From the sequence record SRR2962707_2554: a stretch of DNA of 59,272 nt. The stretch is one strand, 5' to 3'. A program made the translations under genes and the position numbers. The first letter of the stretch is position 1. The number at the start of each line of letters is the position of its first letter. Shown here piece by piece: positions 55,552 through 59,272 of this stretch. The notes beneath the pieces are model-generated. The model did no database searches. It was not told the DNA's origin and worked only from the letters and a program-made list of their open reading frames with translations.

Positions 55552-56835
55552 TTACAGACCGAGCGCCCGATCCATTTCCCCATGGTCAAATGCAGGCTCC
55601 AGGCTGCGCAGCTCTGCGCCGGTCACGCCATGATCGCGCATCATGTCCTTCCAGCTGTCCTTGATTTCCCGGGCCATTGCGCGGGCCAGCTCGCTGGCTT
55701 CGTCTGTGCCAAGGTTGAAGAACATCGCAGCCTCAAGCGCCAGCTCCAGCGAAGCGGCGAAGGGCTCGCCTTCGATGATGGCTGTCTTGAGAAGGCGGTG
55801 GCGCTCGGCCTGCGGATTGACATCAAACAGCTGCGACAGGCTCCATTGACCCTCGCCGGCATAGACGAAGCCATGGTTCTTGAGATGGTCGTCGGTGTTC
55901 GACACGAAAATGGTGAAGACGATCCGCGACCAGAGTTCGCGCAGGTCGGCAAGCGGGTTGTCGCTGTGTTGCCGGATGAACTGGGCCAGGTCCGTATAGG
56001 CGCCCTGCTCGGTGCCCTGGCGTTCGAGCGCTGTCCGGGCCGAGATATAGGGGATGCGCGCAGCACCCTCCCGGTCAAAGCGGCGGATGAGGGCAATGGG
56101 GTGCGCGGTTCGTTCCAGCATCAGCCGGGCGTCCGGGGCATTCAGGCCGACCGCGCGGGCAAGCTTCAGGGTTGCGACTTCAATGCGTTCGACCGGGCTG
56201 GCGTCGCCTGCGGAGGAGAATTTCGCGATCCAGAGCTGGCCGTCATCCAGCACATTGGCCTTGGGCCTTGCCCCGCCGATCGACCCGCCGGCACCGGCCA
56301 TCTGGCGCAGAGCATCGTTTGAAACCTCGCCACCACGCTCGATGCTGGTAGCGATGGCCTGCAACTCCTCGAGATCGATCAGCTGCGGAACCGGAGCCGC
56401 GCCGTCGCCGATGATGATCCGTCGCTCGCCATCACAAAACCTGAGCGCGCCCTGGCGGGTGGTGTCGTCGGTCAGGGTCAGCATGTCGAACTCGCTGAGA
56501 CCTGATCCATAAAGGCGCTCCATCAACATCCGGCCCCAGGCGTCCGGGGCTGCATCCTGCAACACGCCGGGCAGGCTGTCGCGCTGATCGCCACCCCGCC
56601 CGGAGGAGGCGAAGAAGGGTGCGGGACTGAGCGGCAGATCCGGGGCGATGGCAAAGCCGCTTGCGTCCTCAACCCAGTCCCGGGCGTAGCTGAACTCGGA
56701 ATGTTGCCGGACGCGTTCGAAGGAAAAACGCAGCTTGCCCACATGCAGCAGGCTGCTGCCGAGATGGACCTCGGCCTCCTGCGGCCCGGGGGCGGACCGC
56801 TTGCGCAAGACCCGGGATTGATCGGGCTGCGCCAT
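55552..56835 (-). CDS. hipA: HipA-family kinase toxin
   Basis: DAAPDAWGR, GSIGGARPKA, WIAKF, NTDDHLKNHGF, FDVNP. Confidence 0.93.
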   Translation of the reverse strand: MAQPDQSRVLRKRSAPGPQEAEVHLGSSLLHVGKLRFSFERVRQHSEFSYARDWVEDASGFAIAPDLPLSPAPFFASSGRGGDQRDSLPGVLQDAAPDAWGRMLMERLYGSGLSEFDMLTLTDDTTRQGALRFCDGERRIIIGDGAAPVPQLIDLEELQAIATSIERGGEVSNDALRQMAGAGGSIGGARPKANVLDDGQLWIAKFSSAGDASPVERIEVATLKLARAVGLNAPDARLMLERTAHPIALIRRFDREGAARIPYISARTALERQGTEQGAYTDLAQFIRQHSDNPLADLRELWSRIVFTIFVSNTDDHLKNHGFVYAGEGQWSLSQLFDVNPQAERHRLLKTAIIEGEPFAASLELALEAAMFFNLGTDEASELARAMAREIKDSWKDMMRDHGVTGAELRSLEPAFDHGEMDRALGL

Positions 56836-57239
56836 CAGAACGCGATCCCCTTGCGCGGGTCCCGCTTGCTGTCAGGGGTGTCCTGCGGTTTGCTCGTCTC
56901 GTCCCGCGTTTGAACGGGCTTGCCTGATTTGCCCGACTTGCCTGAACTGAAAGAGCGCCCACGCTTGGGCACTGCCTCAAGCGCACGGGAGAGGCCCACG
57001 GCATCATTTTCCGGGGACATGAGGTCAGCCAGAACCGCCGGACTGCCAAGAGCGGCAAGCACCGAGGCAAGATTGCCGATGCCGACACCGGGATCGCCCT
57101 TCTCCAGCCGCATCAAGGTGCGTTCCGAAACATCAGCCCGCATCGCCAGCTCCGCCATGGAAAAGCGCCGCGCAAGCCGCGCCCGGCGCAGGTTCTGCCC
57201 CAGACCGGTCAAGGATCGCATTGCTTTCAAGCTAGACAT
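56835..57239 (-). CDS. hipB: HipB-like XRE antitoxin
   Basis: LGQNLRRARLARR...ELA.RADVS..TL.RLEKGDPGV; stop/start overlap with hipA. Confidence 0.88.
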   Translation of the reverse strand: MSSLKAMRSLTGLGQNLRRARLARRFSMAELAMRADVSERTLMRLEKGDPGVGIGNLASVLAALGSPAVLADLMSPENDAVGLSRALEAVPKRGRSFSSGKSGKSGKPVQTRDETSKPQDTPDSKRDPRKGIAF

Positions 57240-57243
57240 AGAG

Positions 57244-57286
57244 GCCTCATATGGCAGACTATAAGTTTTAATATGTCATATATGGC
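57244..57286. promoter_or_regulatory. Probable hipBA autoregulatory operators
   Basis: GCCTCATATGGC (57244) and GTCATATATGGC (57275). Confidence 0.6.
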
Positions 57287-57505
57287 GTATTATGGATTGG
57301 TCAAGCGCGGCATCCCCAGTATTGGCCAGGAGCATTGCTGGTCGATCTTGTTGCGGGCACGTCACGTGCCACTCGCCTGTTTGTCAGAGAATTGAAACTG
57401 CCCCTGTCGAAAAACCAATTTCCCCAGCAAATTCAACAAATTTTAATCATGCACGTCTTAGTTTCTAAACCATCAGTTGTGTTGAGGCTTGGGGCGTGAA
57501 CAGAC

Positions 57506-58705
57506 ATGGGCAGTGATTTTATCGTCTACGTGCCTCCAGCACTTTTCGGCTTCGTCGCACTCGCGTTCTTCATACTTTGGCACATGAAAATTGCGACTTC
57601 GTGGCAATGGAGCGCCGGCTTTGCCCAAACGGCTGCCGGTTTCGGGTTTTCGACATTCCCGATAGAGCCGGTGTTTGATGCTTTCGTCTCCGGGCTGATC
57701 TTTATCGGGGCAGCCTATTGCTACGGGAGCGCGGTGCTGCTGCATTTCAGCGCGCCGATGCGGCGGCTGGAACGCAGGCTGTTTGTTCTCGGATATGTCC
57801 TGATCCACGCCTATGTCGTTTTCATCTCGGCAAATCTGAGAGACGAGCTGCTGCTGACCGATGTGGCTTTTGCCTGCCTGCTGGGGGCGGCTTTGTACTG
57901 GGTGACGCCGAGAGCTTCTCGTCCCGCCGATATCATCCTGATCATCGCCGGCGCCATCGTCGTTGTTGATACGCTGGCGCGGACGACCTTCTTCTATTTC
58001 TTCGCAGAGGCAAGCGACCAGCTGGCTGACTTTGTGAACTCCAATTACAATCTCGCCGTTCACATCACAACAATGACCGTCTGCATGCTGTTCCCGTTTT
58101 CCGCACTGGGTGCAATGGCATCGGCAGCGATAGACAGGCATCGCGATGCCGCCCAAACAGACACATTGACAGGCCTATTCAACCGGCGTGGCTTCCACGA
58201 GATCGTCGACAGGAAATTCAAGCACAAGGTGCTTGAAGGCGCGGTCCTGGTCTGCGACATCGACAACTTCAAGCAAGTCAACGACACCTATGGGCACGCG
58301 GTAGGAGACAAGGTTATCGAGGCATTAGCCCGGGAATTGCTCCAGACGACGAAATCATGCGGATATGCCGCCCGTTTTGGCGGCGAGGAGTTCGTGGTTT
58401 TACTTCCCGGACTCTCACAGGAAGATGCGGCGGCGATCGCCCAGCTGCTGCGCGTCGGCTTTTGTGACCATGCATGGGGTCACTATGGAATTGACCATGC
58501 GGTGACCGTGAGTTTTGGCGTGTCGGCAATCGAAGCAAACGAGTTGGCCCTGCAGCCCGCCATAAACCGCGCCGACCAGGCGCTCTATTCCGCCAAAGTC
58601 GCAGGCCGTAACAAGGTTGTCCTTGCGTCGGCGCAGCGCTTTTCACCTTCACTCGCTGAAAACTCCAGATTGCCCAACAAGCTGGCTGAACGCATCAGCG
58701 CGTAA
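57506..58705 (+). CDS. Membrane-bound diguanylate cyclase (GGDEF)
   Basis: About 7 TMs; DTLTGLFNRR, DIDNFKQVNDTYGH, RFGGEEF, ADQALY.AK..GRN. Confidence 0.94.
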   Translation: MGSDFIVYVPPALFGFVALAFFILWHMKIATSWQWSAGFAQTAAGFGFSTFPIEPVFDAFVSGLIFIGAAYCYGSAVLLHFSAPMRRLERRLFVLGYVLIHAYVVFISANLRDELLLTDVAFACLLGAALYWVTPRASRPADIILIIAGAIVVVDTLARTTFFYFFAEASDQLADFVNSNYNLAVHITTMTVCMLFPFSALGAMASAAIDRHRDAAQTDTLTGLFNRRGFHEIVDRKFKHKVLEGAVLVCDIDNFKQVNDTYGHAVGDKVIEALARELLQTTKSCGYAARFGGEEFVVLLPGLSQEDAAAIAQLLRVGFCDHAWGHYGIDHAVTVSFGVSAIEANELALQPAINRADQALYSAKVAGRNKVVLASAQRFSPSLAENSRLPNKLAERISA

Positions 58706-58758
58706 AGGCAGCGGCGTCCAATTCCATCTTTGCCCGGCGATGTGGTGCAATGAGGCCC

Positions 58759-59272
58759 TTACAGGCGCGCGCCATCAGGGGCGAACAGAAAGCAATTTCT
58801 GGAATCAATTGAAGCCGATACGCTGTCGCCTGCCCGGACAGTTGTCGCGCCGCGCAGTTCCATGGTCACCGCATTGTCCCGGCCCGGATCAGTGTAGACA
58901 TAGGAGACGCCGCCAAGCCGCTCAATGATGCTGCAGACAAGCGTCACCTCATGCTCGCCCGGCTCGGCGTTGAAATGTTCCGGGCGAATGCCCAGAATGA
59001 TATCCTCAGGCAGCTGTGCACCCGGGCTCCGCGGCATGACCGTGAGCCCCGACAATCCCAGTTCAGGCACATCCAGAGTTGCCACGCCCTGTTCTGTGCG
59101 GCCGGTGATCCGGGCTGGCACGAGATTGATCTTCGGCGATCCGATGAAACCGGCGACGAACATGTTGTCGGGGTCGGAATAGAGCTCGTCCGGCGTTCCG
59201 AATTGCTCGATGCGACCGTCACGCAGCACCACTATGCGCGTTGCCAGCGTCATCGCCTCGACCTGATCGTGG
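58759..59272 (-). CDS. MalK/UgpC-type ABC ATPase, 3' part (runs off window end)
   Basis: [34 protein letters not shown] domain. Confidence 0.92.
   Translation of the reverse strand, partial: HDQVEAMTLATRIVVLRDGRIEQFGTPDELYSDPDNMFVAGFIGSPKINLVPARITGRTEQGVATLDVPELGLSGLTVMPRSPGAQLPEDIILGIRPEHFNAEPGEHEVTLVCSIIERLGGVSYVYTDPGRDNAVTMELRGATTVRAGDSVSASIDSRNCFLFAPDGARL

Noticed and set aside
57432-57446. CtrA-like TTCA-N7-TTAA upstream of the diguanylate cyclase
   Set aside because: Mismatched and in AT-rich sequence; too weak on its own
1-59272. CRISPR arrays, tRNA, rRNA, riboswitches
   Set aside because: No regularly spaced repeats or recognisable RNA gene signatures seen by eye; a covariance-model scan was not possible

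Overview
Mosaic, accessory-looking alphaproteobacterial (Rhizobiales-like, inferred) region with four parts. (1) 1-22.7 kb: a Wzx/Wzy polysaccharide locus. An AT-richer minus-strand operon encodes a LegC-like aminotransferase, LegB/PglF-like dehydratase, small phosphoglycosyltransferase, ATP-grasp ligase, HAD phosphatase, dTMP-kinase-like protein, APH-like kinase, two GT4s, a nucleotidyltransferase, wzx, wzy and gmd. It is preceded by an ops-like element, a truncated EPS-type MarR gene, decayed IS3/IS481 fragments, an RfaH-like antiterminator and a second priming transferase with a perfect CtrA box. Accessory genes follow (ExoX-like, BTLCP, SNase-like, VanZ, O-antigen ligase). (2) 23.3-34 kb: an AraC-associated sugar-type ABC transporter. 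One permease is fused to a strictosidine-synthase-like/lactonase beta-propeller; an apparently catalytically dead paralog, an acyl-CoA synthetase and an enoyl-CoA hydratase follow. (3) 34.6-52.9 kb: an island bounded by IS6 remnants, with ccdAB and a catabolic cluster for an unknown substrate (two TRAP transporters, RidA, MOSC + PDR reductase, twin luciferase-like monooxygenases, flavin reductase, stand-alone V4R protein, FAD oxidoreductase, HpcH aldolase, a sigma54 promoter). (4) 53-59 kb: PuuB-like oxidase, a glucokinase deletion scar, hipBA, a diguanylate cyclase and a partial MalK-type ATPase. No rRNA, tRNA or CRISPR was seen. All family calls come from motif recognition by eye, not database searches.
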